Shown here: positions 8,525-18,778 of the stretch, in pieces | Layout: each line of letters opens with the position of its first letter | Position numbering within the stretch: the stretch's first letter is position 1 | Origin: an uncultured Nitrososphaeria archaeon | GTDB lineage: Archaea; Thermoproteota; Nitrososphaeria_A; Caldarchaeales; Wolframiiraptoraceae | Reading direction: 5' to 3' | DNA: 64,000 nt | NCBI GenBank assembly: GCA_964655015.1 | Contig: CAZZKR010000002.1 | Location: 11,211-75,210 of the forward strand | The notes under the pieces: generated by a model | What the model was told of the DNA's origin: nothing | Database searches by the model: none | Seen by the model: the letters and a program-made list of their open reading frames with translations, nothing else | Position numbers and translations under genes: made by a program

Positions 8525-11332
8525 CTACCCTAAAACAATGGATATGTAGTGCAACTCTACTATCCCATTTTCTACTATAATGACGCCGTAGTTAATAACA
8601 TTACCCTCTACCCACTCTAGAACTCTCTTCCCCGTCCATTCTTTTATAAACGCTTGTACCAGCTCTTCCACCTTCTTATAATCCTCAATTGACTTTACGC
8701 TTACTTTACCTTCAGAAAAAACTAAGTGGGCGTTTATCTTTTCAGGTCTCGCTATGGTGACGTTTGCACGCTCGAACAGTATTCTAATAAACTCCTTAAT
8801 GTAAGAAATCCTTTGTTCTTCCTCCGTAATTCCAGGAGGAGGTGCTTCCAGCCCTGCCAACTTTGACAAGAATGCTCTGAACGCCTCTTCGGGTGTAGAA
8901 CCAAGGCCCACATAATATTCCCCAGTAAACGCAGCTCCCACAACGGCTACCGTACCGATCGTTGTTATGACCCCCTCTGCTGGCGCGGTGTATACTGGGA
9001 TGAAGTAAACTGGATAGTCGCCGATTTGGTACAGTATATTATCGCCTATCCTTGGATTTCTGAGCAACGTTTCCATTTGTTTAAAGACTGGGTCCCTTCT
9101 TAGGGCCTCAATCGCCGCCGTTGGTCCTAAAAGCTTAACCGTAGACTCCAAGGGTACCTTATAGACGATTACCTCACCAAGGTGGGGATAATCGTTTCTT
9201 ACCACGGCATAACCCGCAAGGTTCTTTCCTAAAGCGCCTTTAAGTTGTAAAGAAAGTATACCGATGAATTCAACATCCTCAAAACCAGGCGGCTGTGCGT
9301 ATACGAAGTATGTTTCAAGCCCTTCAGGAATCTCGTAAAACTCCCTTGCACCTATAAATGTAGCGGGATCTCTGACATGGTACCTATTGTACATATTGAT
9401 CCTCCATTCAAATAATTCAACGGGGTATCTGGTTTGTTTATACAGCCAACTAGGTATTTCCGTGCTAACGTATTCGACATAAAGGTTTTTGAATAATTCA
9501 CTGAAGAAATCATCACCTATTATTATAAGTTGTATCGTCCCATCGTAGATGTCTATCAACGAATATCCGACGAGGCGTGCGAAGAACTCCCCCCTACTCC
9601 ATGGCACGTTCTCAGCAGGTACCCTGAAGATGAGCGGCATCAACCAGTAGGTCCTTTCACCATCCGTCACCGGAAACATATCGATCGGAGAGTCTCCCCA
9701 CTCATAAGAAAAATAAGGAAATAGAAGTCTCATCCTATCATACACATCCTTATACCTTATTATGTGAACGGTTTTGTCAGGATATGATAGCATGAACGTT
9801 ACGTCAAACAACCAGCTCAACGGTGGCTGAGCATCCACGCCACCTTTTCCTGAGTAGAAATGCCCGGTAACTTCCTTACTCGTATCCTCACCAACTATGT
9901 AAGCCGACCACGTTGTTGAAAGCAAACCACCCTCTCCGTAGTAAATTCTACGCTGCTTGAAGAATTTGCTAGAGTCTTCAATCGTTCCGTCATGCGCGTT
10001 CAGCAAAAGGAAGCCATTCGGTACATGCGTATAAACCATGTGTTCGTTGAACCAACGGTCTTCAGGTCTCACAAAAGCTGGCAGTATCGGTTTCATGGAT
10101 GCACTCCAGTAAAGCGTACCGTTAAACCTTATTATGTCAGAATCTTCGAAATCAACATACGGTATAAGGCCTATTTCTGGCTTGAGCTTCGTGAATGCAG
10201 CATCCCAATCCCATAATCTAATTTTCGATAGTATGTTCTTATTTCTTTCAACGTATAATGGAACCTCATCTTGACGTACCTCCTTTATAGAAAAATTGTA
10301 AGTCAATTCCTTGATCTTATCAAGTTCTGCCAGATAGCGGTTTACTGATATCTCCTGAACGACATAAGGACCCAACCACTCCACTTTTCTCGCATCCGCT
10401 ATGCTGTTCTGTATTGCGATGACAGAGCCTGCTAACAGAACGACGAGCACTATGGTCCCAATTCTTACGTAAATGTTTCCCAACATGCCCGGCTTACGAG
10501 AATCAACGAATGCATAAACCGCAAATAATGTCGCAACAGTTATTGTTGCTATCAAAATCACCTTCGTATTATAATCGATGTACGTTGTGAAGAACGAATT
10601 AAGAGCGGTCCAGAAGAGCCCGACAGCTACTAGTGCTTCTATCGTGGCAATTGGTATTACAACTCTACCTTCCTCTAAATACTTTACGAGTGATGCACTA
10701 ACGCTTTTGAGGAGTTGAGTTATGCCTACCAGAACGACAAGTCTGACCCCTAATGCGCTGAGTAATGGAGGTATAATAAGCAACAGTGCTGGAAGTGCTG
10801 GTACTACCATGCTTTGGGCGAATGCCTCATCAGTAGGTGGTGTGAGTAACGGTAAAGGGAATATCCTCCAAACCTCACCCAGCTTTGAGTCCCATCCATT
10901 CAACATTGCCAGCACTGACATGCCAAAGAGTGCATTCGTGAAGAATAGTGTGCCCACTATCGTTTTAGTTATCTGCCAGATTACAAAGCTACGTACACTC
11001 ATCTTGAAGCTTGAAAAATCTATCAAATCAAGATGGATTATGCCAGGACTTCTGACAATGTTTACGAGCAACTTAAAGAACCAAAAGAGAAGCGACCTTC
11101 TATTCTTAAAATCAACCCTAAAGAATGCTATCGCTGAAAGCACTAGGCCGCCAACCAAAGCATAGTAAAAGGGTCTTATGAAAAGTTCGCCGAACTCTAC
11201 AAAGTTTAGGATTAGGTTGACCGTTTGACTGCCGGTTACGAAAAACGTCAATAGGATTATTATTATCGCCACTATCCTAATTGTCCATTTTCTTGATGAA
11301 AAGCCCCTGTCTGAGTAACGTACGGCTCGCAT
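8525..11332 (-). CDS. Large polytopic membrane protein, UPF0182 (COG1615)-like
   Basis: 935 aa with about 7 N-terminal TM helices and a large soluble region carrying IRLWDWD...YVDFEDSDIIRFNG. This resembles the RLWD / DvDxDRY signature of UPF0182, recalled from memory. Confidence 0.55.
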   Translation of the reverse strand: MRAVRYSDRGFSSRKWTIRIVAIIIILLTFFVTGSQTVNLILNFVEFGELFIRPFYYALVGGLVLSAIAFFRVDFKNRRSLLFWFFKLLVNIVRSPGIIHLDLIDFSSFKMSVRSFVIWQITKTIVGTLFFTNALFGMSVLAMLNGWDSKLGEVWRIFPLPLLTPPTDEAFAQSMVVPALPALLLIIPPLLSALGVRLVVLVGITQLLKSVSASLVKYLEEGRVVIPIATIEALVAVGLFWTALNSFFTTYIDYNTKVILIATITVATLFAVYAFVDSRKPGMLGNIYVRIGTIVLVVLLAGSVIAIQNSIADARKVEWLGPYVVQEISVNRYLAELDKIKELTYNFSIKEVRQDEVPLYVERNKNILSKIRLWDWDAAFTKLKPEIGLIPYVDFEDSDIIRFNGTLYWSASMKPILPAFVRPEDRWFNEHMVYTHVPNGFLLLNAHDGTIEDSSKFFKQRRIYYGEGGLLSTTWSAYIVGEDTSKEVTGHFYSGKGGVDAQPPLSWLFDVTFMLSYPDKTVHIIRYKDVYDRMRLLFPYFSYEWGDSPIDMFPVTDGERTYWLMPLIFRVPAENVPWSRGEFFARLVGYSLIDIYDGTIQLIIIGDDFFSELFKNLYVEYVSTEIPSWLYKQTRYPVELFEWRINMYNRYHVRDPATFIGAREFYEIPEGLETYFVYAQPPGFEDVEFIGILSLQLKGALGKNLAGYAVVRNDYPHLGEVIVYKVPLESTVKLLGPTAAIEALRRDPVFKQMETLLRNPRIGDNILYQIGDYPVYFIPVYTAPAEGVITTIGTVAVVGAAFTGEYYVGLGSTPEEAFRAFLSKLAGLEAPPPGITEEEQRISYIKEFIRILFERANVTIARPEKINAHLVFSEGKVSVKSIEDYKKVEELVQAFIKEWTGKRVLEWVEGNVINYGVIIVENGIVELHYISIVLG

Positions 11333-11343
11333 GCGGCTCGAGT

Positions 11344-12156
11344 TTATTCATTGCTGACTTTAAACTTTTTTATGGTATATGCGCTATTCCAAAGGTAATC
11401 AAAGTAATCCCTAGCAAACTTTGCCAAACTTATGTGCTCTGACCATATAGCTATGGCTGGCCTCTTTCCATTTTCGGCCGCAAATATTATCATAACCTCC
11501 TTTAAATCGCGGATTGCGCCACAGCCAAACATATGCTCCCTGACTCTAACCTCTGCAACCTCAATTAACTTTTTTAAGATTTGTTGGTCAACGTCAGGTG
11601 TGAGCATTATTTGTATCCTGCCGTTCTTCCCCTTGATTGTTATGAAAAATGGTAGCAGCGTGTGCAAAACCTCCTTAGGAAGGGATGGTGCTGCTAATAG
11701 AAGTTCTCGTTCGCAATTGGCGATGAGTTCCTTCAGTTTAGCTAAAATATTCTGCTCTCCCCTCAATATCCAGATATCCGGTTTTTCCTTAGCCCACCTA
11801 TTCTCGAAGATTGGCATGAGCTCGGATATTATTATGTCACCATTTTGTTGGAGTTTTTCTTCAAGCTTCAATTTCATGGTCTCGACGGCCGTAACGGGAG
11901 ATTTTGCATAATATTTTGCAGGTCTTCCACTCCCAACCTCAATCCATCCCTTCTCTTCCAAACTTCCTAATACCTCGTAAATCTTCGAGTAGGGTATCTC
12001 GGCTATGCTACTCAGCTCGCTAGCGGTCAACGGTCCCATTTGAATAAGCGGAAGATATGCTCGGACCTCGTAGTCTGTAAGACCCAAATTTTGCATCGCC
12101 TTTTTAACTCTCTCACTAATTGTTGGATTATTGTTCGTCTTTTCAGGCCAGCCCAT
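11344..12156 (-). CDS. TrmB-family transcriptional regulator
   Basis: N-terminal wHTH LGLTDYEVRAYLPLIQMGPLTASELSSIAEIPYSKIYEVLGSLEEKGWIEV, plus a C-terminal TrmB-type domain. 270 aa. Confidence 0.8.
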   Translation of the reverse strand: MGWPEKTNNNPTISERVKKAMQNLGLTDYEVRAYLPLIQMGPLTASELSSIAEIPYSKIYEVLGSLEEKGWIEVGSGRPAKYYAKSPVTAVETMKLKLEEKLQQNGDIIISELMPIFENRWAKEKPDIWILRGEQNILAKLKELIANCERELLLAAPSLPKEVLHTLLPFFITIKGKNGRIQIMLTPDVDQQILKKLIEVAEVRVREHMFGCGAIRDLKEVMIIFAAENGKRPAIAIWSEHISLAKFARDYFDYLWNSAYTIKKFKVSNE

Positions 12157-12231
12157 ACGATCATAAATTCAAAGGATTGCCGCCTTATATCTGCTTCTTA
12201 GCCATTGGGTAGTTTTCGAGATTTTATGGCG

Positions 12232-14526
12232 CTAGGTACTTAGTTTAGCTGCGATTATCGCTTGGCCGAGTGAGAGTCCACCATCGCCGGGCGGAACCTT
12301 CGTATTCGTGTAGAACCTCAGTCCCCTGGCCTCAATAGTTCGTCTTATCGTTGCCGTTATTTGTTCATTGTAAGCCACACCACCAGTGAAAACAATATTG
12401 CTCACTCCTTCGCTGATTGCGATTTCTAAGGCGAGCTCGGCTAAGCCTAGCGCCAAATAGTTTTGGGCTGAGAAGGCAAGGTCTCTCACCTTCTTTGGAT
12501 CTAGCCCTTTCATTGCCATCTCAGCAATTGACTCTACCATGTGCTTCGTGTTCAGGACTCTACCCTTTATTTCCGGCTTCAGACCTAAGATGTCTGAGCC
12601 ACCTATCGCCGCAGACTCGAGCTTCATGGCAGGCTCGCCCTCATAAGTCCTTTCATAACATATGCCTAATATGGCTGCGATGCTGTCTAAAACTCTACCA
12701 GCACTTGAAGTCTTTATGTTCCTTCCGCCCTTAATTTGTTTCAATATTATTTCTGCCTCTTCTCTGCCTCTCGGAAGCTTATCGACATTCGAAAATAACC
12801 ACTCCTCGCATATACTTGACCCAAACAATATCCCTGCGGCCATCCTTGCTGGATACTTCGCGGCAAGGTCGCCGCCTGGCATTGGATGGTTCTCCAGATG
12901 TCCCAAACGACGGTAACCGTTGTTATCACATAAAAGAATCTCACCACCCCATGCCAGACCATCGCTACCATAACCGAATCCATCGCATGCTATTCCTACG
13001 ACTTCTTCTAGCCCGTATTCTGCCATTACCGAGGCAACGTGTGCATGGTGATGCTGAACGGCCAGCGTCGACACTCCAGTCTTTTCAGCTAGCTCCTTTG
13101 CGAGCCTTGTTGTATGGAACCCAGGATGTAGATCGTGGGCTATTGCCTCCGGTTGCGCCCTAACAAGCTTAGCTAAGTGGTGAACTGCCGACTTCAAAAA
13201 TTCATAAGTTTCTACACACTCTACGTCGCCAATATGCTGCGTCAAGAAAGCTTTATTACCCATAAGGATACAGGCAGTAACGTTAAGCTCACCACCTAAA
13301 GCAAAGACGTTTTTACCGTACTCACAGGATAAGATAACCGGTTCCGGCGCATAGCCCCTCGAACGGCGTATAAAGCTAATAGACCCGTCAACTATCCTCA
13401 CCACAGAATCGTCGCATCTATTGATAATTTCCCGATTGTGGAGGAGCATGTAGTCAACATCCTTTCCGATTCTCACATAGGCCTCTTGATTTTTTATAAC
13501 TATCGGCTCACCTGAAGGGTTTGCACTCGTCATCACGTATGCCGGCTCCTTGCTGTTGAGCAGTAGAAGGTAATGAAGGCCAGTATACGGTAGCATTACG
13601 CCTATGTTGTGGAGGCCTGGCGCTATCTCCTCAGATAGATAGTAATCCTCGCTTTTACGTAATAAAACGATGGGATGCGCTGGGGATTTGAGCAGTTCCT
13701 CCTCTTGGTCACTAACTATGGCGAAAGTCTTTACACTCTTCAAATCTTTAGCCATTATTGCAAAAGGTTTCTGTCGTCTATGCTTAACCTTCCTAAGCCT
13801 TATTATGGGCTCCGAGATCGTCGTTGCCGTCGCTACATGGAATCCTCCGTTACCTTTTACCGCCACTATGTAACCCTCATCGATAAGCTTGGTGGCCTCC
13901 CTTATGGGGTCTTTGCATTCAACCAATTCTCCGTCGTTTGTTGTTAGATAAACGATCGGACCGCATTCGGGACATGCGATAGTTTGAGCATGAAATCGCC
14001 TATTTAGGGGGTCCTCGTATTCAGAACTACAAGATTCGCACATCGGAAAATCTCTCATTGATGTGTTGTGTCTATCGTACGGCGTATCTAATATGGTGGT
14101 GAATCTCGGCCCGCAATTTGTGCATGTTATAAAAAAGTAGCCGAACCTTCTGTCGGCAGGATCTAAGAGCTCCCTGATACAGTCCTCACATATCGCAACA
14201 TCCGCTGGTATCACAGAACCCGCAAACGAGCCTTGCTCCGAACTCGTCACTATCTTAAAATCATTGAAATCGTTCTTAGGTTCTGAGTAATTCACATCAA
14301 CTTTGATTATGCGGGCTAAAGGCGGCTTCTCTTTGATCATCTCGTCCAAAAATGACTTTATGCTGGATTCGGGCCCTTCTACGACTATCCTAACGGTTGC
14401 ATCCTTTAGATTCTGGACTATCCCTTTAAGTCCCCTATTAACTGCGATTCTGTAGATGAAGGGTCTGAAACCCACTCCTTGGACTATGCCCGAAACCCTA
14501 ATTTCGGCCCTAATCTTTTTCATCAA
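12232..14526 (-). CDS. hypF: Carbamoyltransferase HypF
   Basis: N-terminal acylphosphatase domain (VSGIVQGVGFRPF), two CxxC-x18-CxxC zinc-finger pairs, a YrdC-like domain and a Kae1-like C-terminal domain. 764 aa. Confidence 0.93.
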   Translation of the reverse strand: MMKKIRAEIRVSGIVQGVGFRPFIYRIAVNRGLKGIVQNLKDATVRIVVEGPESSIKSFLDEMIKEKPPLARIIKVDVNYSEPKNDFNDFKIVTSSEQGSFAGSVIPADVAICEDCIRELLDPADRRFGYFFITCTNCGPRFTTILDTPYDRHNTSMRDFPMCESCSSEYEDPLNRRFHAQTIACPECGPIVYLTTNDGELVECKDPIREATKLIDEGYIVAVKGNGGFHVATATTISEPIIRLRKVKHRRQKPFAIMAKDLKSVKTFAIVSDQEEELLKSPAHPIVLLRKSEDYYLSEEIAPGLHNIGVMLPYTGLHYLLLLNSKEPAYVMTSANPSGEPIVIKNQEAYVRIGKDVDYMLLHNREIINRCDDSVVRIVDGSISFIRRSRGYAPEPVILSCEYGKNVFALGGELNVTACILMGNKAFLTQHIGDVECVETYEFLKSAVHHLAKLVRAQPEAIAHDLHPGFHTTRLAKELAEKTGVSTLAVQHHHAHVASVMAEYGLEEVVGIACDGFGYGSDGLAWGGEILLCDNNGYRRLGHLENHPMPGGDLAAKYPARMAAGILFGSSICEEWLFSNVDKLPRGREEAEIILKQIKGGRNIKTSSAGRVLDSIAAILGICYERTYEGEPAMKLESAAIGGSDILGLKPEIKGRVLNTKHMVESIAEMAMKGLDPKKVRDLAFSAQNYLALGLAELALEIAISEGVSNIVFTGGVAYNEQITATIRRTIEARGLRFYTNTKVPPGDGGLSLGQAIIAAKLST

Positions 14527-14762
14527 CTACACAAAATTTCCACAAACTATAACATATATTGTACGTTACCGGGATCGATGCTGATAATTAAAGTATTTAC
14601 GCTAGTTTTTGTTGTCGTAAAGAAAGTCTTACAGACTTCATAAAAAAGCGGCAAAGTAAGCGATGGTTTACTCAACATGAGAGAGATAACGTTCAGGACT
14701 TAACGACTCGTGCTTAACTTGCAGAACGCACGTATTGCCGCTTAGTACTTGAATACTTATAT

Positions 14763-15272
14763 ATGATGTTACGGAAAACCTGTAACCGGGACAAGATGCC
14801 CTTAAGGAGAAAGCGTGGAACAGTCGTGATAGGGCTCGGCAATCCGATACTTGGCGACGATATAGTAGGACTGGTTGTCGCATCAGAGCTAAAGAGACAT
14901 CTAGGTGGTCTTGTTGACGTCATAGAGTTGTGCTCTGGAGGTTTAGTCGTGGCGGAGGCGATGCTCGGTTACGAGAAGGCAATAGTCATAGATGCTCTAG
15001 TTGAGGAGGGCACTAAACCCGGAAAAATACTGAGGCTAACACTTGACGATATCAAAACAACACGCAAACGATTTATTGGTTTTCACGATATGGACTTCGT
15101 AACCTCCATTGAACTCGTTAAAGCTATTGACGGAGAGTCTTTTCCGGATGAAGTGGTTATCTTTGGAATAACGATCCAAGAACCACGTCGTTACCAGGAG
15201 GGACTAAGTGAGGAAGTAAGGGCTGCCGTACCAAAATGTGTTGAAATGATTAAAAAAGAATGTGGTTACTAA
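14763..15272 (+). CDS. [NiFe]-hydrogenase maturation endopeptidase (HycI/HybD family)
   Basis: VVIGLGNPILGDDIVG motif and a later IDA motif. Divergent from hypF. The true start may be the internal ATG about 30 nt downstream. Confidence 0.8.
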   Translation: MMLRKTCNRDKMPLRRKRGTVVIGLGNPILGDDIVGLVVASELKRHLGGLVDVIELCSGGLVVAEAMLGYEKAIVIDALVEEGTKPGKILRLTLDDIKTTRKRFIGFHDMDFVTSIELVKAIDGESFPDEVVIFGITIQEPRRYQEGLSEEVRAAVPKCVEMIKKECGY

Positions 15273-15398
15273 TTTAGCACAATTATGCTTAAACTGGTTA
15301 ATGTACTCGTAAAGAGCGTCTTTATATCCGAATGTTTATACGGTGGAGCTACATATCTAAACTTTGCCCCAATGAAGAGCCCAAAGCTCACACGGAGT

Positions 15399-16172
15399 TT
15401 ATGAAGAACCATAGGGTCGCTGAGGGGCGACCCCTTCCTTTTGCTGTCTGAACCACACATCCAACGTAGAGCTGACCCTTACTTTTATACGCTCAAGGTT
15501 GTATTTTATCTCTGGTAACTTTTCGACAAAACTTCCCAGAAGGTCAACGGGGATGATTGCTACGCCACCCTCGATTCGCTTGCTTGAACCGTAGAGCGTC
15601 AGTATTGCTGGAATTATCTCGACGAGTATCCCTCCCTCCCCGAGTATACTTAAGAGGTACTCTGAAAACATTCGTGCCCTTCTTATTTGGTTCTCTGATA
15701 CAAGTGATAACCTCTTTCCACTTAAAACGGCATTCCATCTTTTGCAGTCAAGAAGCAAGACATTGGTATCCCTCGCAGCCAAAACATCTATCTCGCATCT
15801 TTTTCTTAAAAACTGCAGCCTCAGGTTCGTCAACACATTAAACCCACATTCTCTCAGAACTTTTGCTGAAAGGGCCTCGAAATTCTTCCAGGACAAATAT
15901 CTAGCAAGAATTTCAGCAGGAGCGCCATTCTCAATACACTTCAAGACCACGGTTAACTTGACGTCGTCCGCAACCTCGACATCGTTTGCATCAAAGCCTT
16001 TACCGAGCAACCTTGCTACGACCTCATACGCAACATCTCTTGAAACCATGCTGTATGCTGCCAAGGCATCTATTGTGGTCCTATCACCTTTTAGTGTGAG
16101 CTTAAGCAGGCTTTCAGCTACTTTTGTAACTATTTCGGGTTTGATGTTAAGGTCAGATAAAGAGTTCTTCAT
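15399..16172 (-). CDS. Hypothetical protein with a possible restriction-endonuclease-like (PD-(D/E)xK) core
   Basis: WKNFEALSAKVLRECGF...CEIDVLAARDTNVLLLDCKRW resembles the Mrr-type E-x-D...x-C-K arrangement. Its start overlaps the cofE stop by 20 nt. Confidence 0.4.
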   Translation of the reverse strand: MKNSLSDLNIKPEIVTKVAESLLKLTLKGDRTTIDALAAYSMVSRDVAYEVVARLLGKGFDANDVEVADDVKLTVVLKCIENGAPAEILARYLSWKNFEALSAKVLRECGFNVLTNLRLQFLRKRCEIDVLAARDTNVLLLDCKRWNAVLSGKRLSLVSENQIRRARMFSEYLLSILGEGGILVEIIPAILTLYGSSKRIEGGVAIIPVDLLGSFVEKLPEIKYNLERIKVRVSSTLDVWFRQQKEGVAPQRPYGSS

Positions 16173-16914
16173 GCCTCTCCCTTAGTATGATAGAAGCCGG
16201 CACCTCATCCCTCACGTATTTGTAACCTCTAATTATGGCTACAGGTATGCCCTCGGCAGCCTGTCCTATCACGAGTTCGGCTGCACTACACAATTCGTCT
16301 GCCACGCATGTAATCTTTGAGCGCAAGACTCTCCCAAAAAGATCCACTTCGCCCCTTCTATCCCAAAGCGGTTGTATGCCGCTGCAACCTATGGCCACGT
16401 TGATTAGGCCTCTGCGGAAAGGTCTGCCCTGTGTGTCTGATATAATAACGGCAACTCGTGAACCTGTAAGTCTTTCTATCCTTTCTCTTATTCTCCTGGC
16501 TGATAGATCTGGGTCATCTGGCAGTGTGACGACACCACCGTCCTCAGAAGCGTTAGAAGCATCCACGCCAGCGTTAGCACAGATGATTCCGTGTTTCGTC
16601 CTAGATATTATTATCCCGTTGTGTATCCTTAATATGCTCTTTGACTCTCTTAGTATGACCTCAACGTGTCTGGGATCTTTTCCAACCTCTTCAGCTATGC
16701 GTTTCGCTAGCTCGGAAGGTTCTATATCCTCAAGTCGTATTATTTTTCCTTCAGCTCTAGCCACAGCAACATGTGTGATGATGATTACGTCACCATCCTT
16801 TATACCAACGCCCGACTTTTTTGCACCCTCAACTATCATACTGGCTAAGTCATCACCGGGTTTAATGATTGGTAAGCCCTTTATGCCTATGATTTCAATG
16901 CTATTGCTCAACAT
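16153..16914 (-). CDS. cofE: Coenzyme F420-0:L-glutamate ligase
   Basis: Motifs ICANAGVDASN and VIISDTQGRPFRRG. 253 aa, the typical CofE length. Confidence 0.85.
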   Translation of the reverse strand: MLSNSIEIIGIKGLPIIKPGDDLASMIVEGAKKSGVGIKDGDVIIITHVAVARAEGKIIRLEDIEPSELAKRIAEEVGKDPRHVEVILRESKSILRIHNGIIISRTKHGIICANAGVDASNASEDGGVVTLPDDPDLSARRIRERIERLTGSRVAVIISDTQGRPFRRGLINVAIGCSGIQPLWDRRGEVDLFGRVLRSKITCVADELCSAAELVIGQAAEGIPVAIIRGYKYVRDEVPASIILRERHEELFI

Positions 16915-16957
16915 TATCTAACCATTTTAATCGGTAGGATATAAATTGAGTGATGCA

Positions 16958-17257
16958 TTATGCGCCGAACTTGTCTAGTCTTTTCTTGGCCCTAATAGCA
17001 ACGTCGGCTCCGAGCTTTATCTCCGGCTCGCCCGTCTCAATAGTCTTCCGCTTGACGAACAGACCACATCTTCCGTCTGGAAGTAGCTTCACTTGTACAC
17101 AGCTTGCGTATGGACAACGATGACCCGTGCATACCCCGCCTACCCAATCACATAATGGAGGGTTTTGTTTATAGTTCAGCGACTTTTTGACGCATCTAAA
17201 AAACCTGCAAAGAGGGTTGCACACTGGAGTTGGCTCCCTACTAAAACTTTGACTCAA
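16958..17257 (-). CDS. Small cysteine-rich hypothetical protein
   Basis: 99 aa with 8-9 Cys in a compact region (CNPLC, FRC, LCDW, VCTGHRCPYASC, GRC). No family recognised. Confidence 0.4.
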   Translation of the reverse strand: MSQSFSREPTPVCNPLCRFFRCVKKSLNYKQNPPLCDWVGGVCTGHRCPYASCVQVKLLPDGRCGLFVKRKTIETGEPEIKLGADVAIRAKKRLDKFGA

Positions 17258-17381
17258 CCTTTACCCCCTGCCCGTCGGCACGGCCGACAATATTTTTCAA
17301 GTTTTATTCATAAACATTAACATATTAATATTTTGGGCCACCTTTACATGATAATAGTACGCCGGTCCTATCTGGGGACCT

Positions 17382-18776
17382 ATGTTAGTGACGTTGAGCA
17401 TGAGTGCTGAAAACTCGGGCCAATGGTTGGTCGTGACACCTCCGGAGATTCTAGGTGCGGCGCTAAAAGCGGTGGTGCAGGCTTACGCTAGACATAGGGA
17501 AACAAGGCATTCCCTTAAATCATGCCTTTACGAGGTTGTGCGGGGAAAAAAGTATCCTGCAAAATCTGTGGAAATCGCAAGAAGGCTGATTTGGGAGTAT
17601 GGGACAAGAAAGAATCTTTTAGCCAAAATAATAAGTAAAGTGTTAAAAGATGAATCATTTTTGCCCGATCGGAGGATTCTTCTTGAACTTTTTACCTACC
17701 AGGTACTTATAAAAGGATGCAATAGACTTGAGGCAGCAAAATTCGCCCAAGCGGCGAGAATGGTTTTCGGAAAAGAGTGGATGGCACCATTAGAACCGTT
17801 ACTCGGTAGAGTATATGCATTGAAGCTTGAAGATAACAAAATAATAGAGAGTAAGGATGAACTAGAATACATAAGCCTCGTGCATGGACATCCCAAGTGG
17901 TTTGTTGAATATCTCTTTAATATATTGGATAAAGCTGAGGCCATCGAGCTAATGCGCATCAGTAACGAAAAGCCGCCGACCTATTTCGTTCTCAACAGGT
18001 TAAAGGTAACCGAGGATGAAATACTGAGGATTCTAGAAAAGGACGGGGTGGAGTTTGAGAGGGACAAGAGGGCGCCCTTACTTTATAAGATAATCTCGTC
18101 CAAAGCGATAAAGGATTTAGTGGCATACAAACGTGGGCTTATAACGGTTCAAGACTTTTCGAGTGTGTTCTCCGTCATTTCCGCTCAGCCAAAAAGTGAC
18201 ATGAAAATCCTAGACATCTGCGCAGCTCCTGGTATAAAAACCTCTTTGTTTGCGATCTACACACAAAACAAAGCTAGGGTCCTTTCCATCGATATATCAC
18301 CTCATAGACTAAAAACCTACATTTCATATACGCGACGTTTAGGGGTTGAGAATGCTGATGCCGTTCTTTGCGATGCTACTCAAGATCTACCGACACATCT
18401 AAGCGCTGATGTTGTAATACTTGATCCCCCATGCAGTTCTACTGGCCTGTTTTGGCGTGAACCTTCTTATAGGTGGGTCGTCAGACCTACCACGGTAAAG
18501 AAATTTTCAATTATACAGAAAAAAATGTTGAAGAATGCCGCAAAATATGTAAAGAACAACGGCCTACTCGTATACTGTACTTGCAGCATTACGGTTGAAG
18601 AAAATGAAGGTTTAATCAAGGAATTCTTAGCATCCAATCCTAATTTTCAGCTTGAAGAAATTCCTGTAAAATCGGGATCACCGGGACTTTTGGGTTTAGA
18701 TAAGTGTAGAAGGCTTTATCCACATCGCGATCTCTGCAACGGTTTCTTTGTGGCACTACTCAGAAAAGCAGGTTAA
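17382..18776 (+). CDS. RsmB/NOP2-family RNA cytosine-C5 methyltransferase with a NusB-like N-domain
   Basis: Motifs DICAAPGIKTS (SAM), ILDPPCSSTG and YCTCS (the two catalytic Cys motifs). 464 aa. Confidence 0.8.
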   Translation: MLVTLSMSAENSGQWLVVTPPEILGAALKAVVQAYARHRETRHSLKSCLYEVVRGKKYPAKSVEIARRLIWEYGTRKNLLAKIISKVLKDESFLPDRRILLELFTYQVLIKGCNRLEAAKFAQAARMVFGKEWMAPLEPLLGRVYALKLEDNKIIESKDELEYISLVHGHPKWFVEYLFNILDKAEAIELMRISNEKPPTYFVLNRLKVTEDEILRILEKDGVEFERDKRAPLLYKIISSKAIKDLVAYKRGLITVQDFSSVFSVISAQPKSDMKILDICAAPGIKTSLFAIYTQNKARVLSIDISPHRLKTYISYTRRLGVENADAVLCDATQDLPTHLSADVVILDPPCSSTGLFWREPSYRWVVRPTTVKKFSIIQKKMLKNAAKYVKNNGLLVYCTCSITVEENEGLIKEFLASNPNFQLEEIPVKSGSPGLLGLDKCRRLYPHRDLCNGFFVALLRKAG

Positions 18777-18778
18777 CT

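Noticed and set aside
12417-13947. Multiple plus-strand ORFs (63-115 aa) within hypF.
   Set aside because: They are antisense to a full-length, motif-complete HypF, and no independent signals support them.
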